This document shows, piece after piece, positions 46,597-55,706 of a stretch of 64,000 nucleotides of DNA. The translations under genes were made by a program, and so were the position numbers. The stretch is from contig CAVPCR010000002.1 of assembly GCA_963702435.1 (NCBI GenBank), positions 644,261 through 708,260 of the forward strand. The letters are read 5' to 3'. Position 1 is the first letter of the stretch. Every line of letters begins with the position of its first letter. Under the pieces are notes generated by a model that was not told the DNA's origin, did not search any database, and worked only from the letters and a program-made list of their open reading frames with translations. The stretch comes from Candidatus Eiseniibacteriota bacterium (GTDB lineage Bacteria; Eisenbacteria; RBG-16-71-46; CAVPCR01).

Positions 46597-47427
46597 CTAG
46601 TCGAGACCGCGGTCGGCGAGCTCGTCCTCGTCGAGGCCGAGGTAGTGCCCGATCTCGTGCACCAGCGTGATGCGGGCCTCCTCGAGCAACTCCTCGCGCG
46701 AGGCGGCGATCCGCTCGAGGTTCCGCTGGAAGAGATAGACGGCGGTCGGTCCGGTCGTCGGATCGAAGACGCTGGTCTCCGGCCGGGCCGCCCCGGCGAA
46801 GAGCCCGAGGATGTCGGGAGCGAGCGGCTCCGGGCCGGCCAGCATCTCCTTCGACGGCAGGTCCTCGATCATGATCGGCACGTCGCGGAGGACGGCAGCG
46901 ATCGCCGGCGGCAGATCGCGCAGCACGGTCTCCAGGTCGCGCTCAAGATCCTCGCGCCGCATCCGGTACGGCAGGTGGTGCTGCTCGGGATCGAGGCGGG
47001 CGCACTCGGCGAGGAGCGCATCGGCCTCGGCGTAGCGGCCGCGCCGCTCGACCACCATGGACAGCCAGTAGCGGGCGTCGGTGGACTCCGGATCGTCGTG
47101 CATGGCCGAGCGCAGGAGTTTCTCGGCGACTTCCTCCTCACCCAGCGCGAAGCGGGCCGCACCCTCGTAGGTGCGGATCACCGGATCCTCGCGGTTGCGC
47201 GCCGCCGCCTCGCTCAGGTACTCGAGCGCGCTCGTGAACTCGCCGAGGTCGAAGAAGGCGAGCCCGCCCACGAAGTAGCCGTCGGCCTCGGCCGGCATGA
47301 GCTCGATCGCGGAGCACGCGAGCTCGACCGCCCGCTCGTAGTCCTCATGATCGAGCGCGTCGTACGCCTCGTCGACGAGCCCGTCGTACCGCTCCTCACC
47401 GCTCTTCCCCTCGTTATCATGCTTCAT
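46597..47427 (-). CDS. TPR + Zincin_1 (DUF1025-like) metallopeptidase
   Basis: TPR helices, then LGLF.G...YLFQRNL...TLVHEIGHYLGLDED (HExxH). Confidence 0.85.
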   Translation of the reverse strand: MKHDNEGKSGEERYDGLVDEAYDALDHEDYERAVELACSAIELMPAEADGYFVGGLAFFDLGEFTSALEYLSEAAARNREDPVIRTYEGAARFALGEEEVAEKLLRSAMHDDPESTDARYWLSMVVERRGRYAEADALLAECARLDPEQHHLPYRMRREDLERDLETVLRDLPPAIAAVLRDVPIMIEDLPSKEMLAGPEPLAPDILGLFAGAARPETSVFDPTTGPTAVYLFQRNLERIAASREELLEEARITLVHEIGHYLGLDEDELADRGLD

Positions 47428-47529
47428 GGGGGAAGAGTTGCAGAGTCGAGGAACCGGGGTCAAGCCCGGCGGGGACCGGGGCGGCCTCTCCGGTCCACCC
47501 GCCACGCCCCTTTGCTACGATGGCGCATC

Positions 47530-48885
47530 ATGGAGCCTGTCGATCCAGATGACAGCCCCGGCGCCGGCGGCGCCCAGGAATCCGGCACGGGCGGCCCCGG
47601 GCCTCGCTCCCGCGCGCTCCTGGCCCGCCTCGCCCGGGTCGAGAACCCGGGGGTGACCGCGATCGGCCCGCGCTTCCCCATCGTCTGGGAGCGGGCCCGG
47701 GGCACGCGGGTGTGGGACGCCGACGGCCACGAGTACCTCGATCTCACCGCGGCCTTCGGCGTCGCGGCGGCCGGCCATGCCCACCCGCGGGTGACCGCGG
47801 CGATCACCCGCCAGGCGGCTCTCCTCCCCCATGCGATGGGCGACGTGCATCCGGCGGGGATCAAGATCGAGTTGCTCGAGCGGCTGGCCGACCTCGCCCC
47901 CGGCGACCTCCGGGTCACGCACCTCGGGCTGAACGGCGCCGACGCGCTCGAGGCCGCGCTCAAGACCGCGGTGCTTGCGACCGGGCGCCCCGGCGTGCTC
48001 GCCTTCGCCGGCGCGTACCATGGCCTCTCCTACGGTGCGCTCCCGCTCGCCGGGTCCGACCACTTCCGCGCCCCCTTTGCCGCCCAGCTCGCACGGCACG
48101 TCCGCCATGCTCCATGGGTCGGCCCGGACTCAGCAGATTTTCGCGTCATCGAGTCGCTTCTTGCGGACGGCGAGATCGGCGCCGTCGTGATCGAGCCGGT
48201 GCAAGGGCGGGGCGGCGTCAAGCCGGCGCCGCGCGGCCTCCTCCCCGCCCTGGCCGCCCTCTGCCGCCGCCACGGAGCGCTCCTCATCGCCGACGAGATC
48301 ATGACCGGCCTCGGACGCACCGGGCGCTGGTTCGCGGTGGAGGACGAAGCCGTGGTGCCCGACATCCTCCTCCTCGGAAAGGCGCTCGGGGGCGGATTGC
48401 CGCTCTCCGCGACGATCGGCTCTGAACGGGTGATGGCGGCCTGGCGGGAGCCCCGGGGGCCCGCCCTCCACACCGCCACGTTCCTCGGCCATCCGCCGGC
48501 CGCGGCCGCCGCGCTCGCCGTGCTCGACGTGATCGCGGAGGAGGATCTCGTCGCCCGCGCCGCGACGAGCGGCCGCGCCCTCCGGGAGGGTCTCGCCGCC
48601 GCGCTCGCGGCCGACCCCGGTGTCGCCGCGGTGCGCGGGCGCGGGCTCATGATCGGCCTCGAGCTTTGCGATCCGCACACCGGAGCTCCAGACGGCGCGC
48701 GCGCGGCGCGCGTGATGATCGAGCTCTGCGCCCGCGGCGTGCTCGTCCTCACCGCCGGTGGCGCGGGCGAGGTGATCGAGCTCACCCCGCCTCTCATCAT
48801 CACCGCGGCCGAGATCGAGCGCGCGATCGCGGAGCTCGCCGCCGCGCTGGCCGCCGTGCCCGCGGGCGGCGGGAGCGCCGGCTGA
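47530..48885 (+). CDS. Class III PLP-dependent aminotransferase
   Basis: DADGHEYLDL, AYHG, IEPVQGRGG, LIADEIMTGLGRTG, GKALGGG (PLP lysine), RGRGLMIG. Confidence 0.92.
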   Translation: MEPVDPDDSPGAGGAQESGTGGPGPRSRALLARLARVENPGVTAIGPRFPIVWERARGTRVWDADGHEYLDLTAAFGVAAAGHAHPRVTAAITRQAALLPHAMGDVHPAGIKIELLERLADLAPGDLRVTHLGLNGADALEAALKTAVLATGRPGVLAFAGAYHGLSYGALPLAGSDHFRAPFAAQLARHVRHAPWVGPDSADFRVIESLLADGEIGAVVIEPVQGRGGVKPAPRGLLPALAALCRRHGALLIADEIMTGLGRTGRWFAVEDEAVVPDILLLGKALGGGLPLSATIGSERVMAAWREPRGPALHTATFLGHPPAAAAALAVLDVIAEEDLVARAATSGRALREGLAAALAADPGVAAVRGRGLMIGLELCDPHTGAPDGARAARVMIELCARGVLVLTAGGAGEVIELTPPLIITAAEIERAIAELAAALAAVPAGGGSAG

Positions 48886-48936
48886 TGGAACGAGTGCCTT
48901 CGCGCGGCAGGAGCGCCGGCTGATGGAACGAGTGCC
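48872..48936 (+). repeat. 27-bp direct repeat (period 38) duplicating the stop/start junction
   Basis: GGAGCGCCGGCTGATGGAACGAGTGCC at 48872 and 48910. Confidence 0.85.
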
Positions 48937-50131
48937 CTCGAGGGCCGACCCCGCCGAGCGCGCCGAAGCGGCGGCGCTCGATCTCGAGATCATCAACTTC
49001 ATCGCGCGCGCGAGCGCGAGCTGGAGCGCCGAGTCGCGACGAGCCCGACCGACCCATGAGCCCGACGAGTCGGACGAGCTCGACCGGCTGCTCCTCGCCG
49101 TCTTCGCGCATCAGGTGCGCTGGAATCCGACCTACGCGCGCTACGTCACCGTGCGCGGGGCCGCCCCCGATCGCGTGCGCCGGCCCGCGGAGATCCCGCC
49201 GGTGCCGGCTCGCGCCTTCGCTGCGAGCCGCATGGCCACCTTCCCTCCGCAGGCCGCGGTGCGCCGCTTCCGATCGAGCGGCACCACCGGCGGGCCGCGG
49301 AGCGTCCTCGAGCTCGACACGCTCGCGCTCTACGATGCGGCGCTCCGCGCGCCGTTCGCGCGCCATCTCCTCCCGGACGGGAGGGCGCTCGCCTGGATCG
49401 CGCTCACGCCGGATCCGGTCGTGGTCCTCGATTCCTCGCTCGCCTACATGATCGGATCGGCAGCGCGCCAGTTCGGCGCCGCGCCTTTCTACGCGGTGGC
49501 ACCCGACCTCAAGCTCGATCTCCCGGCGGCGATCGCCGCGCTCCGCGCGCGCGCCGCGGCCGGAGAGCCCGTGCTCCTCATCGCGACCGCGATCGCGCTC
49601 CTGGCGCTCGTTGACACGCTGGCCGCGGCGGAGAAGCAGATCGCGCTGCCGGCCGGTTCGCGGATCATGGAGACGGGAGGATTCAAGGGCCGCGCGCGCG
49701 CGGTCGCGCGGGACGAGCTCTACCGGGCGGCCGCCCTCCGGCTCGGCGTGCCGGTCCACGCGATCGTCGGCGAATACGGGATGACCGAGATGGCAAGTCA
49801 GTTCTACGACACGACGCTCCGTGATGCGTTCGCTGTGCCGGCCGGCACGCCCGACGACGACCCGTCCGCGCCGCGCGCGAAGGTCGCTCCCCCATGGGTA
49901 CGCACCATGATCCTCGATCCGGCGACCCTCGAGCCGGTACCGCCCGGCGCCGAAGGCGTGCTCGTCCACATCGATCTCGCCGCCCGCTCGAGCGCCGTCT
50001 CGATCCTGACCGAGGACTGCGGGCGGCAGCTCGGCACGGGGTTCGAGCTCCGCGGCCGCATGCCGGGCGCGGCCGCCCGCGGCTGCTCGCTCGCCCTCGA
50101 CGAATTCTTACGGCACGACGCCGGTTCTTGA
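48923..50131 (+). CDS. LuxE-like acyl-protein synthetase
   Basis: FRSSGTTG, METGGFKGR, EYGMTE, ILTEDCG, C-terminal GR...ARGCS. Confidence 0.82.
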   Translation: MERVPSRADPAERAEAAALDLEIINFIARASASWSAESRRARPTHEPDESDELDRLLLAVFAHQVRWNPTYARYVTVRGAAPDRVRRPAEIPPVPARAFAASRMATFPPQAAVRRFRSSGTTGGPRSVLELDTLALYDAALRAPFARHLLPDGRALAWIALTPDPVVVLDSSLAYMIGSAARQFGAAPFYAVAPDLKLDLPAAIAALRARAAAGEPVLLIATAIALLALVDTLAAAEKQIALPAGSRIMETGGFKGRARAVARDELYRAAALRLGVPVHAIVGEYGMTEMASQFYDTTLRDAFAVPAGTPDDDPSAPRAKVAPPWVRTMILDPATLEPVPPGAEGVLVHIDLAARSSAVSILTEDCGRQLGTGFELRGRMPGAAARGCSLALDEFLRHDAGS

Positions 50132-50166
50132 ACTGCACACCGGTTTCTGAAAGGCGCGATCCGGCG

Positions 50167-51624
50167 ATGAGCGCAGGCACCAGATCCCTCTACCATCTGT
50201 CCGCTGACCTCTCGCCGCTTGCGGTACCGGAACCTGCCACCCGCGGCGGTCTCGAGTTCTCGACATGGCGACCCACGCCGGCGACCCTCGGCACGGTGGC
50301 CGCCGGCCTCATCCGCGCGGCCTTCGAGCTCCGGAGCTTTCTCCCGCCGGAGCGTCTCTTCGCGAGTCTCGGCGGCGTGGCCGCGGACTGGCTCGATCGC
50401 ACTTCCCCGTACCGCGCCGCCGCCGAGCGGCTCCTCCCGGCGACCACCGGCTATGCGCCGGACATGGTGCGCGAAGCGCTCGACCGGCTCTTCGTGGCGC
50501 TCCTCCCCGACCGGCTCGCGGCGGCGTTCCGGGCCGAGCGCGACCGCTGCGGCTCCTCGCCGCGCCTCGTCCTCGCGCTCGCCGCCGGCACCGTGTTCCC
50601 GCCGTCGATCGTGACGGCGACCGCGACCCTCCTCCGCGGCGCTCCCGTTCTCGTGAAGACGGCCAGCGCCGAGCCGGTGCTCGCGCCCCTGTGGGCCGCC
50701 TCCCTCGCCGCGCGCGACCCCGACCTCTCGCGGCTCGTCGCCGTGCTCTCCTGGCCGCGATCCGCGGCGGACCTCAACGCGGCGGCGTGCGCAGGGGCCG
50801 ATGTCGTCGTCGCCTACGGTGACACGGCGACGATCGCGGCGGTGGCGGCGGCCCTCCCGTCCGGCCGCCGCCTGGTCGCGCACGGCCACAAGGTGGCGGC
50901 CGCGATCCTCGGCGCGCGGGCACTGGCCGTCGATCTCTCCGGGCTCGCGCGGAGTCTCGCCCGCGCGGTGGCGCTCTACGACCAGCAGGGGTGCCTCTCG
51001 CCGCACACGGTGTTCGTCGAGGAAGCGGCGCCGGCGCCACAAGGCGTCGCGCGCGCGTTCGCCTCGCACCTCGCCGCGGAGCTTGCCCTCCTCGCCGCGC
51101 GCTGGCCGCGCACCCGACTCGATCCGGCGACCGCCTCCGGGCTCCGCCAGTTCCTCGGAGCGCGCGAGTTCGCAGCGACGCCGGAGAGCGCGCTTCTCGG
51201 CGGCCTCGAGGCCGGCTACGCGGTCCTCCTTGCCGGCCCGGACGATCCTCCGCACTTCGAGTTTTCGCCGCTCGACCGCACCGTGTTCGTCAAGCCGGTC
51301 GGCTCCGCGGCGGAGGCGATCGCGGCGCTCGTCCCGGTGCGCGAGCACCTGCAGGCGGTGGGGCTCGCCGTGCCGCATCGGGACCGCCGCGCGCTCGCCC
51401 GTGCGCTCGGCCTCGACGACGACATTGACGACGGCGTCAGCGATGGCGTCAGCGACGGCGTCGACGATGGCGTCAGCGACGGCGTCGACGAGGACATCGA
51501 GGCGAACCGCGGCCGGGCGCCGCGCGTGCGGCTCTGTCCGGTCCACGCGCTGCAGAGTCCGCCCTTCTCCTGGCCGGCGGATGGCCACCGGCCGCTCGCC
51601 TCGCTCAGCCCGCGCCCGCGCTAG
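50167..51624 (+). CDS. LuxC-like acyl-CoA/acyl-protein reductase
   Basis: ALDH-like: LVKTASAEP, VVAYGDTATI, HGHKV, YDQQGCLSPH (catalytic Cys), LQAVG, terminal DG..PL..L. Confidence 0.82.
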   Translation: MSAGTRSLYHLSADLSPLAVPEPATRGGLEFSTWRPTPATLGTVAAGLIRAAFELRSFLPPERLFASLGGVAADWLDRTSPYRAAAERLLPATTGYAPDMVREALDRLFVALLPDRLAAAFRAERDRCGSSPRLVLALAAGTVFPPSIVTATATLLRGAPVLVKTASAEPVLAPLWAASLAARDPDLSRLVAVLSWPRSAADLNAAACAGADVVVAYGDTATIAAVAAALPSGRRLVAHGHKVAAAILGARALAVDLSGLARSLARAVALYDQQGCLSPHTVFVEEAAPAPQGVARAFASHLAAELALLAARWPRTRLDPATASGLRQFLGAREFAATPESALLGGLEAGYAVLLAGPDDPPHFEFSPLDRTVFVKPVGSAAEAIAALVPVREHLQAVGLAVPHRDRRALARALGLDDDIDDGVSDGVSDGVDDGVSDGVDEDIEANRGRAPRVRLCPVHALQSPPFSWPADGHRPLASLSPRPR

Positions 51625-51659
51625 CCCGCGCCGTCACTGGCCCCCAGGCCTCGCCTCGC

Positions 51660-52934
51660 TCAGCCCCCGCCGACGGGTGTCGCCGGACCGGTGAGGAAGA
51701 GCGTGAGACCCGGCACGTAGGTGATGATGAGGAGCGCGATCAGGAGGATGAGGAGGAAGGGCAACGACGCGTGGTAGAGCTCGGTCACCGGCCGGCGGAA
51801 GCGGAACGAGGCGATGAAGAGGTTCAACCCGACCGGCGGGGTCGAGTAGCCGATCTCGAGATTGACGAGGAAGATGATGCCGAGGTGGAGGAGATCGACG
51901 CCGTAACCCTGGGCGATCGGCACGATGAGCGGGACGACGACGATCAACGCCGAGAAGATGTCCATGAGACAGCCGACGACGAGGAGAAAGAGGTTCAGCA
52001 TGAGCAGGAAGAGGAGCTTCGACTGGATGAAGCTCTGCATCCAATCGAAGATGGCGTACGGCACCTCGGCGTCGATGAGATAGTTGGTGAGACCGAGCGC
52101 GGCGGCGAGGATGATGAGGATGCCGCCGACGAGGACGGTCGACTCCTTCATGATGCGCGGCAGGGCGCGGATCCGGATGTCGCGATAGATGAAGACCTCG
52201 ACGACCAGCGCGTAGAGGGCGGTGAGCGCCGCCGCCTCGGTGATGGTGACGATCCCCGAGTAGATGCCGCCGAGGACGGCGAGCGGGAGCGGCAGCTCCC
52301 AGGCCGCGCCGCGCGCCGCCGCCAGGACTTCCGCCGCCGTGAAGCGGTGGCGGGGCACGTCCCGCGCCGCGCGCGCCGCATACAGCCCGAGCATCAGGAT
52401 CAGGAGGAGCCCGGGGAGGAGTCCGGCGAGGAAGAGCTTGTCGACGCTCACCTGCGCCACGTAGGCGTAGAGGATGACGGGGAGCGACGGCGGGAAGAGA
52501 AGGCCGAGGCTCCCGGTCGTGGTCAGGAGACCGAGCGTGAAGCGCTCCTTGTAGCGCTCGGCGAGAAGCGCCGGCATCAGGATCCCGCCCATGGCGATGA
52601 TCGTGACCCCGGAGGCGCCGGTGAACGCGGTGAACACGGCGCAGGCGACCAGGGCGACGAGCGCGAGCCCTCCCGGCACCCAGCCGAGCACCGCGCGCGA
52701 GAAGCGCACCAGCCGCCGCGGCGATCCGGCTTCCGAGAACAGGTAGCCGGCGAAGGTGAAGAGCGGGATCGCGATCAGCATCGGCGCCGTGGCCAGGCGG
52801 TTCATCTCGATGATGACGGCGGCGGTGTCGATGCCGGCGGCGCGGAAGGAGAGGAGCGCGATCACGGCCAGCACCGTGAACAGCGGCATCCCGAGGAGCG
52901 CGAGGAGCGCGATCGCGAGGACGAAGAGGATCAC
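51660..52934 (-). CDS. TRAP transporter large permease (DctM)
   Basis: IAIPLFTFAG, TAFTGASG, GSLGLLFPPS, TEAA, NLEIGYSTPPVGLNLF. Confidence 0.93.
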   Translation of the reverse strand: MILFVLAIALLALLGMPLFTVLAVIALLSFRAAGIDTAAVIIEMNRLATAPMLIAIPLFTFAGYLFSEAGSPRRLVRFSRAVLGWVPGGLALVALVACAVFTAFTGASGVTIIAMGGILMPALLAERYKERFTLGLLTTTGSLGLLFPPSLPVILYAYVAQVSVDKLFLAGLLPGLLLILMLGLYAARAARDVPRHRFTAAEVLAAARGAAWELPLPLAVLGGIYSGIVTITEAAALTALYALVVEVFIYRDIRIRALPRIMKESTVLVGGILIILAAALGLTNYLIDAEVPYAIFDWMQSFIQSKLLFLLMLNLFLLVVGCLMDIFSALIVVVPLIVPIAQGYGVDLLHLGIIFLVNLEIGYSTPPVGLNLFIASFRFRRPVTELYHASLPFLLILLIALLIITYVPGLTLFLTGPATPVGGG

Positions 52935-53641
52935 GGCGCCGGGCTCCCGTTCCCGTCGGCGGCGGCCGGGGTGGCGAGCGGCAGTGCAGGCGACAGGGCG
53001 GGTGGCGGGAGCGTGATCGCACGGTCGAGGAACCGATACGTGAGGAGCGCCAGGCCGACCGGGATCACGGCAAGGAGGATCCAGCTCGGGAGCTCGAGGA
53101 GAACGCGCGTGTCGTACTCGTACTCGGTGGCCAGGTGGCGGTAGGCCGCCGAGAAGAGGATGGCGCAGGTCGCCGCCGCGGCGAGATTCACGAGCCGCCC
53201 GCTCACCCGCTTCACGCCCGGCGGGAGGACGTGCGTGAAGACGTCGATCTGGATGTGGCGACCCTCGGAGGCAGCCACCGCAGCCCCGAGGAAACCGATC
53301 CACAGAGTCGCGTAGCGGAGCAGCGGATCCACCCACAGGAGCCCGACTGAGAAGAGATTCCGGAGGAGGATCTGGAGCGCCGAGAGCACGATCATCGCGA
53401 GCAGGAGGAGCGCGAGCACTCCCATCTCGAGGCGTCCCGCCAGGCGGAACAGGCGCTCACCGGCCGGGCGGGAGCGGAGAATCGCACGGCGGAAGAAGAC
53501 GAGCCCCCCGGCCGCGAGGACGAGCGCGAGGAGCACGGCGGCCGGCGAGCGCGGCGGCGAGAAGAGGAAGGCGCCGAGCGCGGCGAGGAAGCGCCCCTCG
53601 GGCCCGATCGCGGCGATCGCCTCCTCTGCGGCGCCGTCCAC
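52931..53641 (-). CDS. TRAP transporter small permease (DctQ)
   Basis: QILLRN...WVDPLLRYATLWIGFLGAAVA...HIQIDV; start uncertain. Confidence 0.85.
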   Translation of the reverse strand: MDGAAEEAIAAIGPEGRFLAALGAFLFSPPRSPAAVLLALVLAAGGLVFFRRAILRSRPAGERLFRLAGRLEMGVLALLLLAMIVLSALQILLRNLFSVGLLWVDPLLRYATLWIGFLGAAVAASEGRHIQIDVFTHVLPPGVKRVSGRLVNLAAAATCAILFSAAYRHLATEYEYDTRVLLELPSWILLAVIPVGLALLTYRFLDRAITLPPPALSPALPLATPAAADGNGSPAP

Positions 53642-53643
53642 GC

Positions 53644-54741
53644 TCAGCGCGCTCCGCCGGCGCCCTTCGCGGCCGGCTTGGGCGGAGCCGGCGGCGCGCC
53701 CTTCCGCGCCTCGTCGACGGCCGCCGTCACCTGATCGAGAAGCGACTGCGGATAGAGCTTCCCCGCCTCGGCGCGCCACACGCGGCGCCCGATCTCGGTG
53801 AAGGAGGCGACGCGCGCCGGATCCGCGGGCACGATCTCGATGCCGCGCTTCTTCATGACGGCGATCGACTCGTCGTTCTCCTGGCGCGTGCGCTCGACCA
53901 GTCGCCGGAAGTGCTCGTGGGCGAGGTTCGTGACGATGGTGCGGTCGGCGGCCGGGATCGCCTCCCAGGCCTTGCGGTCGACGACCACGCCGCCGATCCC
54001 GTGGGTGAGGCGGAGATCGGTCATTGCCCTCACGCGCGTGAACCACTGGAGCGCGATCGCGGCGAGCGGCGAGCAGTAGACCCCGTTGATGAGCTTGGTC
54101 TCGAGCGCGGTCAGCACATCGGTCACGGCGAGCGGGATGGGCGAGATGCCGTAGGCGCTGAAGAAGGAGGCGGCGAGCGGATCGCCTTCCCACAACCACA
54201 TCTTGATCTGCTTGAGTTCTTCCGGGCTCCTGACCGGCCGGTCGGTGAAAAGATAGATGAAGCCGACCTCGGCCCAGCCGAGGAGCACGAAACCCTTGTC
54301 GGCCAGGATCTTCTCGAAGGTGGGATCGAGCTTCTCGTGCACGTGATCGACCTCGGCCGGGCTCTCGAACAGGAACGGCAGCTCGAGCACGCGGAGCTCG
54401 GACGCGATCTCGCCGAGCCCGAGCCCGGTGAAGCCGCCGCCGTGGAGCTGGCCGATGCGAATCTTCTTGAGCACGTCGAGCTCGTCGCCCTGCACGCCGC
54501 CGGGGTAGAACTTGAAGCCGACGCGATTCGCCGTCTCCTGGCGCACGGCGTCGTCGAGCTCGCGCATGATGTTCATCCAGGTCGACCCGTCGGGGGCGAG
54601 GGTGGCGACCTTGAGCTCGTGCGCGGGCTTCGGCCGGCGGGCCGGCGGCGCGCCGGTCTGGGCCGCGGCGCCGGCGCACCACGCGGCGAGGATGACGAGG
54701 GCGAGCGCCGGAGAGAGCAGCGTGCTGCGTGTCTTGGTCAT
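53644..54741 (-). CDS. TRAP substrate-binding protein (DctP, TatP-type)
   Basis: LKVATLAPDGSTW, FYPGGVQGDE, KIRIGQLHG, LGWAEVGF. Confidence 0.92.
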   Translation of the reverse strand: MTKTRSTLLSPALALVILAAWCAGAAAQTGAPPARRPKPAHELKVATLAPDGSTWMNIMRELDDAVRQETANRVGFKFYPGGVQGDELDVLKKIRIGQLHGGGFTGLGLGEIASELRVLELPFLFESPAEVDHVHEKLDPTFEKILADKGFVLLGWAEVGFIYLFTDRPVRSPEELKQIKMWLWEGDPLAASFFSAYGISPIPLAVTDVLTALETKLINGVYCSPLAAIALQWFTRVRAMTDLRLTHGIGGVVVDRKAWEAIPAADRTIVTNLAHEHFRRLVERTRQENDESIAVMKKRGIEIVPADPARVASFTEIGRRVWRAEAGKLYPQSLLDQVTAAVDEARKGAPPAPPKPAAKGAGGAR

Positions 54742-54765
54742 GATAGTGATCACTCCCGGGCACAT

Positions 54766-55656
54766 CTAGAAGTACTCGTCCTGGCGGGCGAGGAGATCGC
54801 GCGCCTTCCGCTGCGCGACCGCGTTCAGGAGCCGGATGTCCGGCGCGATATCCACGGGGGTCGCGAGCACCGCGTTCAGGCGGGCCGCGTAGAGCTCCTC
54901 GTCGAGCACGGAGCGCGCATAGTAGCGCGCTTCGAAGACCGGCGCGAGGAGGAGCTTCCCCTCTCCCACCTCGGTCGCGCGCGCGAAGTAGCCGCGCGCG
55001 CGCTCGGGATCGCCGCCGAGGATCGGCGGCCGCGCGGCGTGGAGGGAGCCGAGGAGGAGCGGCGGCACGCCGTACATGTAGCCCGGATCGAGCTCGTCCG
55101 CGCGCTCGAGGAGAAGCTGGATGGCGGGAAGATCGGCCACCGCCGCCGGCTGGTCGAGGCTCAGGTTGGCCCAGCCCGCCCAGGAGGCCGCCGCCCACAC
55201 GAGCGCCGGCACGTCCTCCCGATCGAGCCGCGCGAGCGCAGGCGTGAGCTCCTCCGGCCGGCCGCTCGCGAGCGCAGCCGCGAGCTTCTTGTCGGCGGCG
55301 AGGGCGCGCCGCCCGTAGTCGCGCCCGATCGCGTAGAGACCGGCCGCGCGCTCCGGATCCTCGTCCTCGACGAAAGCGAAGGCGTAGCTGAAGTAGAGCT
55401 CGGCGCCGAGCGTCAGGAGCTCGGGCCGCGGATCGCTGCGCACGAGCCCGTCGAGGAGGACGAGGTTCGCCGGCATGCCGTCGCGCACGAGCGCGAGATC
55501 GGTCGCGCTCAGGCCGGCAGCCACCGACTCCTCGAGGATCGGGACCATGGAGCCGACCGCCAGCTTGGTCGTCGAGCAACCGGCGGCGGCGAGCGCCGTC
55601 GCAGCGAGCACGAGCGCGAGCGCGAGCCGGTAGCGGGATGGACGCGCGAAAGTCAT
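54766..55656 (-). CDS. TRAP-associated TPR lipoprotein TatT
   Basis: AAAGC lipobox; D..LV.DG.P.N...LDGL; YAFAFVED; GGDPERAR.YF; first gene of the DctPQM operon. Confidence 0.85.
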   Translation of the reverse strand: MTFARPSRYRLALALVLAATALAAAGCSTTKLAVGSMVPILEESVAAGLSATDLALVRDGMPANLVLLDGLVRSDPRPELLTLGAELYFSYAFAFVEDEDPERAAGLYAIGRDYGRRALAADKKLAAALASGRPEELTPALARLDREDVPALVWAAASWAGWANLSLDQPAAVADLPAIQLLLERADELDPGYMYGVPPLLLGSLHAARPPILGGDPERARGYFARATEVGEGKLLLAPVFEARYYARSVLDEELYAARLNAVLATPVDIAPDIRLLNAVAQRKARDLLARQDEYF

Positions 55657-55706
55657 CGTGCAGCGCACGTTACGGGGCGAGCACGGTCATGTCAACCCGC
55701 GTTCCA

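Noticed and set aside
48923..51624. Bioluminescence (lux) operon
   Set aside because: No luxA, luxB or luxD in the window; only the acid-reductase components are present.
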